Source of the DNA: an uncultured Verrucomicrobiota bacterium
GTDB lineage: Bacteria > Verrucomicrobiota > Verrucomicrobiia > Limisphaerales > UBA8199
Assembly (NCBI GenBank): GCA_903873945.1
Contig: CAIQQM010000246.1
Span: 8,940 to 72,939 of the forward strand
Length of the DNA: 64,000 bases
Direction: 5' to 3'
Shown here: positions 16,332 through 26,994 of the stretch, piece after piece
Layout: every line of letters starts with the position of its first letter
Numbering within the stretch: the first letter of the stretch is position 1
Notes under the pieces: model-generated
Seen by the model: the letters and a program-made list of their open reading frames with translations, nothing else
The model's database searches: none
What the model was told of the DNA's origin: nothing
Translations under genes and position numbers: made by a program

Positions 16332-17545
16332 TTACTCATATCGAAGCGCCTCAATCGGGTCCATGCGCGAGGCTTTGCGCGCGGGATAGAAACCAAAGAA
16401 GATGCCGACCGCGGCGCTAAACAAGAAGGCCACTACCCCCGAGGTGAAAGAAGTGAGCGTAGGCCACCCCAGTTTGGCGGCCACGAGTCTCGAGCCCGCC
16501 AGGCCGAGCACGATTCCGATGGCGCCGCCGATGATGCTGAGCGTCATGGCCTCCAACAGGAACTGGAGCAGAATGGCGCGCCCCTTCGCGCCGACGGCCA
16601 TGCGAATACCGATCTCGCGCGTGCGTTCGGTGACGCTCACCAACATGATGTTCATGATGCCGATGCCGCCGACCAGCAGCGAAACACTGGCAATCGCGCC
16701 CAGCAGGACGGTCATGATGCGCGAGGTTTCGCTGGCGGTCTGGGCGATCTCTTGCTGCGTGCGGACCGTGAAATCGTCTTCCTTTGTGCCGGTGATGCGG
16801 TGGCGCTGGCGCAAGAGGGCGGTCATCTGCTGCTGAACCTCACCAAGCCGGTCGGCGTCTCGCGCCTGAGCAATGATGCCGCGCAGGTTCGTCGTGCCTT
16901 GAATGCGACGCATGAGACTGGAGTGGGGCATCAGCACCACGTCATCCTGATCTTCGCCCCGCAGGTTGTTGCCTTTCGCAGTCAGCTCGCCGATGACGAC
17001 GAACGGCACGTTGCCGACGCGAATGGTTTGCCGCAGTGGATTGAGGTTGCCGAATAGCTGGCGGGTCACCGTTTTGCCGACAACGGCAACCTTATTGGCG
17101 GCGCGAATGTCCTGGTCGGTGAACATGGCACCCCGGGCCAGCGGCCATTGCCGGATTTCCAGGTAATCGGTGCCTTCGCCCATCGCCATCGTGGACCAGT
17201 TCTGGTTGCCGGAAATGACTTGGACTGGCGCGCGCTGATCGGGGCTGACCAGGACCACGCCGGGGACTTCACGCCGGATGGCCGCGGCGTCTTCCAGCGT
17301 CAGGGTCCCCGCAGTGCCCTGGCCGCCACGGGCGCCGCCCAACGTAACGCTCCCGGAGAAGATCAGGATGACGTTGCGCCCCAGGCTGTCAATCCGGGCC
17401 TGCACCTGCGCCTTGGCCCCTGCGCCGATGCTGACGGTGGTGATGACGGCCGCCACGCCGATGATGATCCCGAGCATCGTGAGCAACGAGCGCAGCTTGT
17501 TCCGGCGCAGCGCCCGCAACGCAATCCTGGTTGTGGCCAGGGTTT

Positions 17546-17549
<4 letters not shown>
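16332..17549 (-). CDS. ABC transporter permease, MacB/FtsX type
   Basis: N-terminus MKTLATTRIALRALRRNKLRSLLTMLGIIIGVAAVI, a large periplasmic loop, and a C-terminal FtsX-like 3-TM block (TVLLGAIASVSLLVGGIGIMNIMLVSVTERTREIGIRMAVGA...). A 4-nt overlap with the upstream ATPase gene. Confidence 0.85.
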
Positions 17550-18307
<758 letters not shown>

Positions 18308-18312
18308 GGCTC

Positions 18313-19521
18313 TTACCTCGGGGGCGGGCGTGACGGTGTGCCCGCAATCGGATTGCTGGCGCGCGTTAGGTCCACCGTCGCCACCGAGGTTGATAATGCC
18401 GTGCCGACGACGACTGTGTCGCCCTCCTTCACGCCTTCGAGGACTTCGGTCACGACTCCGTCGCTGATGCCGGCCTTGATTTCAACGGCCACTGGGTGTC
18501 TAGGCGAGTCGCCATCTGTGACCGTGGGCAAAAGGAACACCGTACTCTCCGTCGTCGCCTCTGCTGGGGTTTGCACGACGCCACCTGAGTCCGGCGGCCG
18601 GTAGCGAAATGCCGCGTTAGGAATCTTAAGCGCGTTCCGGCGTTGCGCCGCGACGATGGAGACGCTTGCCGTCATGCCGGGTCGGAGTTTTAAATCACGG
18701 TTGTCAACTTCGATGACGCTGTCGTAAGTGACCACGTTTTGCACGGTCGTGGCGGCGTTGCGTACCTGGGCGACCTTGCCCTTGAACTTGCGGTTGGGAA
18801 AAGCGTCCACACTGAAGTTGACCTCTTGCCCGACTTCCACCGAGCCGATGTCCGCCTCGGACACACACGCGTCAATCTGCATTTGGGCCAGGTTGTTCGC
18901 GATTTGGAACAGCGTCGGCGCGGACAAGCTGGCCGCCACCGTCTGGCCCACATCCACGTTGCGCGCGATGACAATGCCATCCACAGGCGAACAGATGGTG
19001 CAGTGGGCCAGGTCCACTCGCGACTTCTCCAGCGCCGCTTGCTTGATCTCCACGTTGGCCTCGGCTTGGTGCAAGGCAATCACCGTCGAGCTGTATTCCG
19101 ACTCGGACATGATCGACTCGGCGAAGAGCGCCTGCGCGCGCTTCGCGTTGAGCTGCGCCAACTCCAATGCCGCATTCGCGCTCTTCAGTTCCCCCTCGCT
19201 CTGATGAACGGCTGCTAGATAAATCGCCGCGTCCAGTTGCGCGATGACTTGGTTGTTCGTGACGATGGAATTGTAGTCCACGAACAGCTTCTGGATGGTC
19301 CCGGATATCTGGCTGCCGACGAGAACATTGATCACGGGATTCAATTGGCCCGAGGCGGTCACGCACTGAATCAAGTCACCCGAGACGACTCGTGCCGTTT
19401 GATACTCCGGCGGTTGAAGACGCGGGCGCTGCCAATACCAGCCTGACCCGCCGGCCGCGATGGCCAACAGGATGAACCCGGCAAACGATCGTCCAAGTCG
19501 GAGCGGTTTAATTGTGTTCAT
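18313..19521 (-). CDS. efflux periplasmic adaptor (HlyD/MacA family)
   Basis: The in-frame ATG at 19521 (MNTIKPLRLGRSFAGFILLAIAAGG) gives a TM anchor. It is followed by lipoyl/hairpin/beta-barrel type strings: VSGDLIQCVTASGQLNP, IAQLD, coiled AALELAQLNAKRAQAL, ICSPVDGIVIARNVDVGQTV. Confidence 0.85.
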   Translation of the reverse strand: MNTIKPLRLGRSFAGFILLAIAAGGSGWYWQRPRLQPPEYQTARVVSGDLIQCVTASGQLNPVINVLVGSQISGTIQKLFVDYNSIVTNNQVIAQLDAAIYLAAVHQSEGELKSANAALELAQLNAKRAQALFAESIMSESEYSSTVIALHQAEANVEIKQAALEKSRVDLAHCTICSPVDGIVIARNVDVGQTVAASLSAPTLFQIANNLAQMQIDACVSEADIGSVEVGQEVNFSVDAFPNRKFKGKVAQVRNAATTVQNVVTYDSVIEVDNRDLKLRPGMTASVSIVAAQRRNALKIPNAAFRYRPPDSGGVVQTPAEATTESTVFLLPTVTDGDSPRHPVAVEIKAGISDGVVTEVLEGVKEGDTVVVGTALSTSVATVDLTRASNPIAGTPSRPPPR

Positions 19522-19642
19522 GGCAGGAATCACTCGGCAATCATGAGAGGTAGCGTTCCTGTGCTCTGAGCAAACGCGTCGATGCCCTGAGTGCCAGAAG
19601 AACAACAACCTTCGCTTTCGTGAGTGTTTTCATGTCCAAGGG

Positions 19643-19672
19643 GACGAACGGAAATGGACGGGAGCTTCCGAC
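19643..19672 (-). promoter_or_regulatory. candidate ECF-type promoter (site C) upstream of the adaptor/ABC operon
   Basis: Minus-strand reading: CCTGTCGGA-AGCTCCCGTCCATTTC-CGTTCGTCCCCTTGGACATG. GTCGGA (19672-19667), 16-nt spacer, CGTTCGTC (19650-19643). It sits back-to-back with site D, 31 nt away. Confidence 0.55.
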
Positions 19673-19702
19673 AGGAAAAGTTCAGAATTCTTTCGAGGGG
19701 CG

Positions 19703-19733
19703 GTAGAAAGTTGTCGCGCGTATGCGTTTTAAC
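19703..19733 (+). promoter_or_regulatory. candidate autoregulatory ECF-type promoter (site D) of sigma copy 1
   Basis: GTAGAA (19703-19708), the 16-nt spacer AGTTGTCGCGCGTATG, then CGTTTTAAC (19725-19733). Only 17 nt separate it from the sigma ATG at 19751. Confidence 0.6.
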
Positions 19734-19750
19734 CATTATGGACAACTGAC

Positions 19751-20401
19751 ATGACCAGCGATTCCGGCGTCGGGATGGAAGAGCTTGAGCGCCGCCTCCG
19801 GGGCGGTGATCTTGAGGCGTTGGCCGAGGTGTTCTCCCACGAGCGGGACCGCCTGTGGCAGATCATTCACTTCCGCCTGGCCGAGCCGCTGCGGGGGCGG
19901 TTGGGGCCTGACGACGTGTTGCAGGAGTCCTTCCTGGCCGCCAGCCAGCGCCTGAAACATTATGCCAGCAGTCCCGCCACCTCGCCGTTCATCTGGTTGC
20001 GCATGATTGTGAATCAAACACTCATCGACCTGCATCGGCAGCACCTGGGCGCGCAAAAGCGAGACGCCGCCTGCGAAGTTGCCATTGACGGCCTGCCTTA
20101 CGGCCAGGCCACCTCAGCCTCCGTGGCCATCCGGTTGGTTGGACAGTTCACCTCACCAAGCCGGGCGGCAGTGCGCGCGGACGTGCTTGGGCTGGTGCAA
20201 GCCGCCATTGAGCAGATGGACCCTATCGATCGCGAGGTGCTGGCGCTGCGTCATTTTGAGGACCTGACCAACAGCGAAGTGGCCGAGGCGTTGGGCATCG
20301 AACAGGATGCCGCCAGCATTCGCTACATCCGAGCGTTGCGCCGGCTCAAAACAATCCTGGCCCAGGTGCCAGACCTTGGGAAGGAAGTCCAACATGGCTG
20401 A
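19751..20401 (+). CDS. ECF-family RNA polymerase sigma factor, copy 1 (kinase-associated type)
   Basis: Sigma-2 region: RLWQIIHFRL..DVLQESFLAASQRL..FIWLRMIVNQTLIDLHRQH. Sigma-4 region: DREVLALRHFEDLTNSEVAEALGIEQDAASIRYIRALRRLK. The stop overlaps the kinase start (ATGGCTGA). Confidence 0.9.
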   Translation: MTSDSGVGMEELERRLRGGDLEALAEVFSHERDRLWQIIHFRLAEPLRGRLGPDDVLQESFLAASQRLKHYASSPATSPFIWLRMIVNQTLIDLHRQHLGAQKRDAACEVAIDGLPYGQATSASVAIRLVGQFTSPSRAAVRADVLGLVQAAIEQMDPIDREVLALRHFEDLTNSEVAEALGIEQDAASIRYIRALRRLKTILAQVPDLGKEVQHG

Positions 20402-23141
20402 CACGGAGAGGAGGCGTGATCCGTTGGAGGTGCTGGCCGCCGAGTACCTGGAGCGGCTGCGGCAAGGCCAGGCCCCCTCCATCTCGGAATACGCCGCGCA
20501 GCACCCTGAGCTGGCGGAGGAGATCCAAGAACTCTTCCCCACTATCGCTGTCACCGAACGGTTGAAGGCACGGCAAGCGCGCTCCAGCGGCGGGCGCGCG
20601 GCGCTCGGGGCGGCGCGACCCGAGCGGTTGGGCGACTTCCGGCTCATCCGCGAAATCGGGCGCGGAGGCATGGGCGTAGTCTTCGAGGCGGAGCAGGAAT
20701 CGCTGCGGCGACGGGTGGCCGTCAAGGTTCTGCCCCGCCAGGCGCTGCTGGACGAGAAACACCTCAAGCGGTTCCAGGCCGAGGCCCGCATCGCGGCCAA
20801 TCTGCATCATACGAATATCGTGGAAGTCTTCGGGGTCGGGGATCAGGACAGTTTTCACTACTACGTGATGCAATACATTCGCGGCGTCGGGTTGGACGCA
20901 GTTATTCCTCTGCTTGCGAAGTGCGCCCGCAGCCAGGAGACCACTGAGCCCCAGCCGAACGCGATACCCGCAACTATTCCCAGTTCTGAAAGCGCAATCG
21001 CTGAGGCGGCCGTGCGGCAATTGCTTGGCGGAGAAGCCGGACTCCTTGTGGACGGTCGAATGGGCCCGCACTACTGGCAGAGCGTAGCCCGGATTGGCTT
21101 ACAGGCCGCCGACGCACTGAATTATGCGCATAGCCAGGGGACACTGCACCGGGACATCAAGCCGGCTAACCTGTTGCTCGACCCCCAAGGCACTGTCTGG
21201 CTGGCCGATTTCGGCTTGGCCAAGGCCGCCCAGTCCGAAGACATCTCCCTCTCCAACGACGTCGTCGGGACGTTGCGCTACATGGCTCCGGAACAGTTTG
21301 GCGGCAACACCGACCACCGCAGCGATATCTATAGTCTGGGACTGACCTTGTATGAGCTGCTCACTTTGAGGCCGGCGTATGAAGAGACCGAGCCCAGCCG
21401 CCTGATCCAGCGCATTACCCAGGGGCCACCTCCTGCGCCGGGCAATAGTAACCGGGAGATCCCGCGCGACCTCGAAACCATCATTCTCAAAGCCATCAAC
21501 CACGAGGCCGGCCAGCGCTACCAATCGGCGGAGTTGATGGCCGACGACCTCCGCTGCTTCCTTGAAGACCGGCCCATCCACGCTCGGAGGGTGGGCCCCG
21601 TCGAGCGCTTGGGCCGCTGGTGCCGCCGCAACAAGCGATTGGCCAGCTTGACTGGAATATCGTTGTTTCTTCTTGTGCTGGTGGCCGTGGTAGCCTCCAT
21701 CGGCTATGTGCGAACCACAAACGCTCTGCACGGGGAAGCGCTCCAACGCACCAAGGCCGAAACTAACGCCGGCCTCGCTATTGAGGCGCTCGATCAGATG
21801 TTCGAACAGCTTTCACCAACGCGAATGCTGATCCTTCCGCAAAGAGGGGCGAGGGGCGAGTCTGCCGATGCCCCCACCTCGCCGATTCTGTCCAGGGAAG
21901 CTGCGGCACTGCTGGAAAGGATGCTGCCGTTTTATGATCGGCTGGCCCAGCAGACTGGAAACGATGATCAGTTGCGGGCCAGAACGGCCGAAGCCAACCG
22001 GCGCGTGGGTGCCATCCGGCAGCACTTGGGCCAGCTCGAGGAATCGGTTAAAGCCTATCGGCGAGCTCTCGCTCTTTACCAGGAAGCGGGTGCCGGCTCT
22101 CCATCCAATCCGAAGCTCAAGCTGGAGGTGGCACAAATAGAAAATGAACTGGGCCGGCTGTATACCGCGCGGCAGCAGGTGGCTGAAGCCCGGCAATCTC
22201 ATCTTGCCGCTTTGGCTTTGCTCCAGGGCGATGCGGCTTTGCCGTCCGCCCCGGCCGCGTTGCGCTTCGAACTGGCTCGCACTTACTACTCTCTCGGCAC
22301 CCAGGAGCGTCCGCTCCCGGCAGCTGCCCCGCCCGAGGAGCGTGGCCCAGTTCCAATTCCTGAGGAGCAACGGGACAGCCTGGCCAAGGCCGTCGTTTTG
22401 CTCCGAGCGTTGGCGGCCACGTCTCCGGCCAACCCGGAATGCCAACACCTGCTCGCTCTGTGTTACCTGGAAGGAGCGGCGGCTGAGGATGATGCCCGGT
22501 CCGAAGGGGGTGACGAACGCGCCATCGAGATTCTCGAAGGTCTAGTCGCAGCATTTCCGGGTGTTGCCGACTACGCGTACGACCTCAGTGAGGCTTACAC
22601 GCGGATCCATATCCCGGACCCACCCATCCCGCCCGAGGTTCGGAACATCATCGAGGAGCGCTTTAGCAAGTCCCTGACCCTGCTCGAAAAGCTCGTCATC
22701 AAATATCCCGATATTCCTGATTTTCTCGCCGCCGAAGCACGCCTCCACGACATGCTTGGTGGCTTCCATCGGGGAATGGATCATTGGGCTGAGGCGGAAC
22801 AGAGCTTCCGCAAGGCCGTCGCTCTCCAGGCGTCCTTGGTGAAGCAATTCCCGGACGCGCCCTATTATGGTCTGTGGATGGCCACTTTCCGAATCGCCTT
22901 GGCCGATGTCTTAATCCGCAGAAACCAGCCTCGCGACGCGCGCACCGAACTGGAGGACGCTATCTCAAAGCTGCTGCAACAACAGGAGCGGAGGCCGGAG
23001 ACGCCCCGCCCCCACGACCTGCTCGCGTTGGGCTATTCCACGCTTGAGACTGCGTTGCGTGAAGCTGGAGAGAATGGCCTGGCTGATGAAGCGGCGCGCA
23101 AGGCGGAGCGGGAACGAAACGCAGTTCCCCGTCCCCCTTGA
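20394..23141 (+). CDS. transmembrane Ser/Thr protein kinase with large C-terminal TPR-like region, copy 1
   Basis: Start reset to MADTERRRDPLEVLAAEYLERL. Kinase strings: LGDFRLIREIGRGGMGVVFEAEQ, VAVKVL, HRDIKPANLLLD, DFGLAKA, GTLRYMAPEQ. One TM helix, LASLTGISLFLLVLVAVVASIGYV, followed by ~450 aa of helical repeats. Confidence 0.9.
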   Translation: MADTERRRDPLEVLAAEYLERLRQGQAPSISEYAAQHPELAEEIQELFPTIAVTERLKARQARSSGGRAALGAARPERLGDFRLIREIGRGGMGVVFEAEQESLRRRVAVKVLPRQALLDEKHLKRFQAEARIAANLHHTNIVEVFGVGDQDSFHYYVMQYIRGVGLDAVIPLLAKCARSQETTEPQPNAIPATIPSSESAIAEAAVRQLLGGEAGLLVDGRMGPHYWQSVARIGLQAADALNYAHSQGTLHRDIKPANLLLDPQGTVWLADFGLAKAAQSEDISLSNDVVGTLRYMAPEQFGGNTDHRSDIYSLGLTLYELLTLRPAYEETEPSRLIQRITQGPPPAPGNSNREIPRDLETIILKAINHEAGQRYQSAELMADDLRCFLEDRPIHARRVGPVERLGRWCRRNKRLASLTGISLFLLVLVAVVASIGYVRTTNALHGEALQRTKAETNAGLAIEALDQMFEQLSPTRMLILPQRGARGESADAPTSPILSREAAALLERMLPFYDRLAQQTGNDDQLRARTAEANRRVGAIRQHLGQLEESVKAYRRALALYQEAGAGSPSNPKLKLEVAQIENELGRLYTARQQVAEARQSHLAALALLQGDAALPSAPAALRFELARTYYSLGTQERPLPAAAPPEERGPVPIPEEQRDSLAKAVVLLRALAATSPANPECQHLLALCYLEGAAAEDDARSEGGDERAIEILEGLVAAFPGVADYAYDLSEAYTRIHIPDPPIPPEVRNIIEERFSKSLTLLEKLVIKYPDIPDFLAAEARLHDMLGGFHRGMDHWAEAEQSFRKAVALQASLVKQFPDAPYYGLWMATFRIALADVLIRRNQPRDARTELEDAISKLLQQQERRPETPRPHDLLALGYSTLETALREAGENGLADEAARKAERERNAVPRPP

Positions 23142-23381
23142 CCCCATTGGGAGTGCGCGCGTCCCGCCGGTGAGTTTCACGGCCTTGTTTCAGCGCGACT
23201 CACGACATCGCCGCCGCGCACGAGGCGGACAGGGCTTGGGCTGGCTATCGTGAAAGCCATCGTTAAAGCCCATGGCGCCAGCATTCGGGTTGCCAGCGAA
23301 CTGGGTCGGGGTAGTACGTTCACGATGCGTTTACCGGCAACTCCGGTCGCACAGGCAGTAACCTGTGTTCCGGGTGCTTGA
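23142..23381 (+). pseudogene. 3' remnant of a histidine-kinase gene (HATPase_c C-terminal end only)
   Basis: The frame opening right after the kinase stop reads ..EFHGLVSARLTTSPPRTRRTGLGLAIVKAIVKAHGASIRVASELGRGSTFTMRLPATP..*. This is the G2-box region of an HATPase_c domain. There is no start codon, H box, or N/G1 boxes upstream. Confidence 0.55.
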
Positions 23382-23527
23382 TACGAATAGCATGCTGCCG
23401 ACCTGTGGAGTCGGACAACGTGTGGCCGAAAGCCTGCAAGGCTCCCGCAAATAAACGAGGCAACCAATTGCCGAAAACGTGAAAATCCCCCTCAATGACC
23501 CAGAGAGTCTACTACGGACGCGGTTTG

Positions 23528-25213
23528 TTAAGGTCCCAACAACACCCGATAAAAGCGCTCGGGATAGTTTGTTATCGTTGTGTCTGACCAAAGAAGCGGC
23601 GTTACGGAGAGGTTGGTGGTGAACACATTCGTCCAACTCGCGAGGTTGGTCGAAGCCTGGACAGTATAATTCAACCCGGTCACGCCGTTGATGGCAAAGT
23701 GGAATCCCCCGTTCGTCGAAGACATTTCCGTTAGCACCGGTGGTGGGTTGCTCACGGTTGGCGCCGGGATGGTATAACTGTAAGACACCATGCGGTTGGT
23801 CGCCCCGACTCCTTCGTCGCTGGGGCGAAAAGACCGCACGTATTCCACGAGGGCGTTGGTGGGTGAGACCGTGACCCGCAAATGGCCGGAACTGCCATAG
23901 AAGACGCCGCTCTGATAGTTGTAGCCGATGTTGGTTCCCGTCGCATAATTGGTCGAGTTATAGGGGTAGTGACTTGGCTGGGGCACTTCCTGATAAATGA
24001 GATCGGGCGGGCCACTGGAACTGCCACTGGCATAGTAATCCTGTTTGCAAAACAGGTGGTCGTGGCCGTGAAAGAACACCTGCGCCTTATTGGTAAGCAG
24101 GAGGTCGCGTATCGGCATCGGCCAGCCCGGGCGGTGGCTGGCAAAACCGTAAGTGCCGTTAGTGTTGAGACCGCCCCACTCAAGATACGGTGAATACTCC
24201 AGGCCGCCTCGCGCCTCGGTATCGAAGCTGCCGCCAACGAGGTGGTGGGCGAAAACGAACTTGTATTTTGCTGTGCTGGTTTCCAAGGTTGATTTCAGCC
24301 AGTAGTACTGATTGGTCCCAAGGGTCCAAGCCCACGGGTCTTTGGACTTGTTTACCGCCTGATCGCTATACCAGAACGGATCGAGAGTGATAAACAGCGC
24401 GTCGCCCCACGCGAACGCGTAGTAGGCGTCGCGGGGTTGCTGCTGATAGAAGTCCACGTTGGTCGCGCCCGAATAGAAGCCGCCCGGAATCGGGCAAGGA
24501 TAATAAAGCTCCCGCGCACTAGCGCCCCAGACCGGCGGGTTGGCATGCGGCACGCTGTTGCTCAACCACCAGCCCAGTTCGGGATCGTGGTTGCCATCCA
24601 CCAGAAACAGCGGCACGGAATGGCCCGGGATGTTGAAGAACTGGCTGCGCACTGCGGCGCACGCCGCGAGAATGCCAGGTTGAGTCATGGTGTAGGGATT
24701 GGTGGAGGCATACTTTTCGCCCATGAATGTGTCGCCCAAATCAATGAGGAAATCCGGCAAATCGGCGAGAATGTTGGTGAGCGTCTGCTGCCAGACCGTG
24801 GGGACCGTACCGGGAACATCATTGTAGTGCGGGTCCGCCTCAATATCGAAGGTAAAGGTGCTGCCGCGATTCCGTTGGGTGTGGAACTGGCGCTCGGTCC
24901 CCGCGCTGAAACTTTGGTCGCCGCTTGCCAGAAAACGCATCCGGTAGTAATACCGCTGATCCTTCTGGAGTCCGCTGATCGTGATCTCGCTGGGCGTCCC
25001 ATTGGTGAGGGAGTTCGTCGTGGTCTGGGACGTGTAAACGCCCGACTGGGTCCCATATTCGAAATAGACCTGGAGGTCGTTGCTCGCCAGCACACTCGTG
25101 GTGACGGATGTGTCGGTTGGACGCCCCAGCAGCACGTCGTACGTGACCGTGGCTGCGGAGGCCATCAGCGCGTTGAGGAGAAGCAACCCAATCGCGAGCA
25201 ATCTTGGCTTCAT
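23528..25213 (-). CDS. secreted metallophosphoesterase (purple-acid-phosphatase-like N-domain) with FYR-type tail
   Basis: Signal MKPRLLAIGLLLLNALMASA. FN3-like N-domain (RYYYRMRF). Motifs GDTFMGEKY, LVDGNHD, FVFAHH, FFHGHDHLF. Tail YTVQASTNLASWTNV..ERFYRVLLGP. Confidence 0.8.
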   Translation of the reverse strand: MKPRLLAIGLLLLNALMASAATVTYDVLLGRPTDTSVTTSVLASNDLQVYFEYGTQSGVYTSQTTTNSLTNGTPSEITISGLQKDQRYYYRMRFLASGDQSFSAGTERQFHTQRNRGSTFTFDIEADPHYNDVPGTVPTVWQQTLTNILADLPDFLIDLGDTFMGEKYASTNPYTMTQPGILAACAAVRSQFFNIPGHSVPLFLVDGNHDPELGWWLSNSVPHANPPVWGASARELYYPCPIPGGFYSGATNVDFYQQQPRDAYYAFAWGDALFITLDPFWYSDQAVNKSKDPWAWTLGTNQYYWLKSTLETSTAKYKFVFAHHLVGGSFDTEARGGLEYSPYLEWGGLNTNGTYGFASHRPGWPMPIRDLLLTNKAQVFFHGHDHLFCKQDYYASGSSSGPPDLIYQEVPQPSHYPYNSTNYATGTNIGYNYQSGVFYGSSGHLRVTVSPTNALVEYVRSFRPSDEGVGATNRMVSYSYTIPAPTVSNPPPVLTEMSSTNGGFHFAINGVTGLNYTVQASTNLASWTNVFTTNLSVTPLLWSDTTITNYPERFYRVLLGP

Positions 25214-25228
25214 AAGCAGAAATCGTGT

Positions 25229-26902
25229 TCAGGGGCCATACAAAAACCGGTAGAAGCGGCGGGAGAACCGGGTTGAATCCGGGTCAGACCAGAGGAATGG
25301 CGTCACCGAAAGGTTGGTGTTCAAGACGGTGCTCCAGGTGGCAAGATTGGTCGAGGCCTGCAAGGAATGGTTTTGGAATAGAGTGCCGTTGAGCACGAGT
25401 TGGGCCTCGCCGTTGGTGAGCGTGATGCCGTTGACTTGCGGCGAGTCAATCACGTAGCTGTGGCCAATCATGCCGCTGTACTGGCCGTTGGTCTCGGCCG
25501 CCGGCAGATACATGCGCACGTATTCCACTTTCACCTGCGCCGGAGACACGGTGACGCGCGTGTAACCGGAGCCGTTGGTCACGATATAGCCGCCCAGGTA
25601 ATAGGCATCGGCGTTGTACAACGTGTTGGAGGGGTCGGCCGGCAGCGGGAGTTCCTGGTAGGTGACGCCGTCGAGTTGCTGGTGCGCTTCCAGGTGGTCG
25701 TGACCCTGGAAAAAGATCGTGCAATGATTGGAAGCCAGCAGTTGGTGAATCGGGGTGGCCCACAGCGGACGCTCGGCGGGGAAGTCGTAGGTCGTGATAT
25801 TGGTGCCGAAGTTCGCCGTTGATCCGCGGACACTGTAGCCGCCCCATTCATAATCCTGGGCTTCTTCGATGCCGCCCCGGCCCGTGCCCAGCACATGATG
25901 AGCGAAGACGAATTTGTATCTGGCGGTGCTTTGCTCGAGGGTCGCTTTAAGCCATTCATACTGGGGATCGCCGTGCGTGACATCCCAGACGTTCGTTCGC
26001 TTGGCGCCGGTGCCGTGGTCGTCACCCAGGACATTGTCCACACACACTGGGGAGGACCAGTAGGGATCGAGGGTGACAAAGAGGGCGTCACCCCACGTCC
26101 AGGCGTAGTAGTTCCGCAGCAAACCGATAAACGGCACAGGGTTGGTGTTGCCCGTATAGAAACCGTCGGGGGCCGGCTCCGAATAGTAGCTGTTGCGGGC
26201 ATTTTGGGCCCAGACCGCAACGTTGTTAGAGGTGCCATCCAGCAGGTAAGCCGCCGCCTGCTCATGGTTTCCGTTCACCAGAAAAATCGGCGCGGAGCAG
26301 CCGACCAGACCCAGATAGGGGCGCTGGAGGATATAACGATAGGTGACGTTGCTGGAGTTGAGACTGTTGGTTGGTATGAGGTCGACACTGAAGTCGTCGC
26401 CGATGGTCATGTAGAAATCCGGCTGGTCCGAGGCGGCGTGGACCAAGGTGTTGCTGTAGAGTTGAAAGTTGAACATCTTCCCGACCCGCTCCGGGTGCGA
26501 ATCACCCTGAATACAGAAAGTGAAAGTGCTGCCCGGTGGTCGTTGCGTGTGGAAGGTGTGCTCGACGTCGGCCTCAAAACTGGTTTCGCCGGCATATTGC
26601 AAACGGAGGCGGTAATAGTAGCGGGTGTCCGGCTGCAGCCCGGTCAAAACGACCTCGAGCGGCTGGCTGGCAATGAGGTTCGTGACGAACGTTTGCCGGG
26701 TGTAAACCCCCGTCGCTGTGCCGTACTCAAAATAGGCTGCGGCGTTGGTGTCCGAAAGCGCATTGATGGCGATGGAATTGGCGGTGGGCCGGCCAAGTAC
26801 CAGCGAACCACTGAATGAGGCAAATACCGAAGTCGCGGCCAGGATACAGGCCGCGCAGATCAATGCCCGAATAAAATGCATGGAGCTAAACATTTTCGTC
26901 AT
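25229..26902 (-). CDS. secreted metallophosphoesterase paralog with FYR-type tail
   Basis: Signal-like MTKMFSSMHFIRALICAACILAATSVFA. RYYYRLRL. Motifs QGDSHPE, IGDDFSVD, LVNGNHE, FVFAHH, FFQGHDHLE. Tail HSLQASTNLATWSTV..RRFYRFLYGP. A 15-nt gap to the downstream paralog. Confidence 0.8.
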   Translation of the reverse strand: MTKMFSSMHFIRALICAACILAATSVFASFSGSLVLGRPTANSIAINALSDTNAAAYFEYGTATGVYTRQTFVTNLIASQPLEVVLTGLQPDTRYYYRLRLQYAGETSFEADVEHTFHTQRPPGSTFTFCIQGDSHPERVGKMFNFQLYSNTLVHAASDQPDFYMTIGDDFSVDLIPTNSLNSSNVTYRYILQRPYLGLVGCSAPIFLVNGNHEQAAAYLLDGTSNNVAVWAQNARNSYYSEPAPDGFYTGNTNPVPFIGLLRNYYAWTWGDALFVTLDPYWSSPVCVDNVLGDDHGTGAKRTNVWDVTHGDPQYEWLKATLEQSTARYKFVFAHHVLGTGRGGIEEAQDYEWGGYSVRGSTANFGTNITTYDFPAERPLWATPIHQLLASNHCTIFFQGHDHLEAHQQLDGVTYQELPLPADPSNTLYNADAYYLGGYIVTNGSGYTRVTVSPAQVKVEYVRMYLPAAETNGQYSGMIGHSYVIDSPQVNGITLTNGEAQLVLNGTLFQNHSLQASTNLATWSTVLNTNLSVTPFLWSDPDSTRFSRRFYRFLYGP

Positions 26903-26917
26903 CGTGCTCGTTCCAGT

Positions 26918-26948
26918 TTTATGCGTGAAGGGACAACCGGATTCCGAC
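26918..26948 (-). promoter_or_regulatory. weak variant of the ECF-type motif (site E) upstream of the phosphoesterase pair
   Basis: Minus-strand reading: GGGTCGGA-ATCCGGTTGTCCCTTCA-CGCATAAA. The -35-like GTCGGA is intact (26948-26943), but the spacer is 17 nt and the -10-like block is degenerate. Confidence 0.3.
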
Positions 26949-26994
26949 CCTCAGCCCGGATGAAGCATTGCTGCGCGTTCATCGAACTGCGTTC

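Noticed and set aside
19530-19745. The 71-aa minus-strand ORF and the longer 431-aa reading of the adaptor gene covering the sigma-1 upstream region.
   Set aside because: These stretches overlap the two back-to-back promoter-like sites and give no adaptor-like sequence. The ATG at 19521 yields a normal membrane-anchored adaptor N-terminus.
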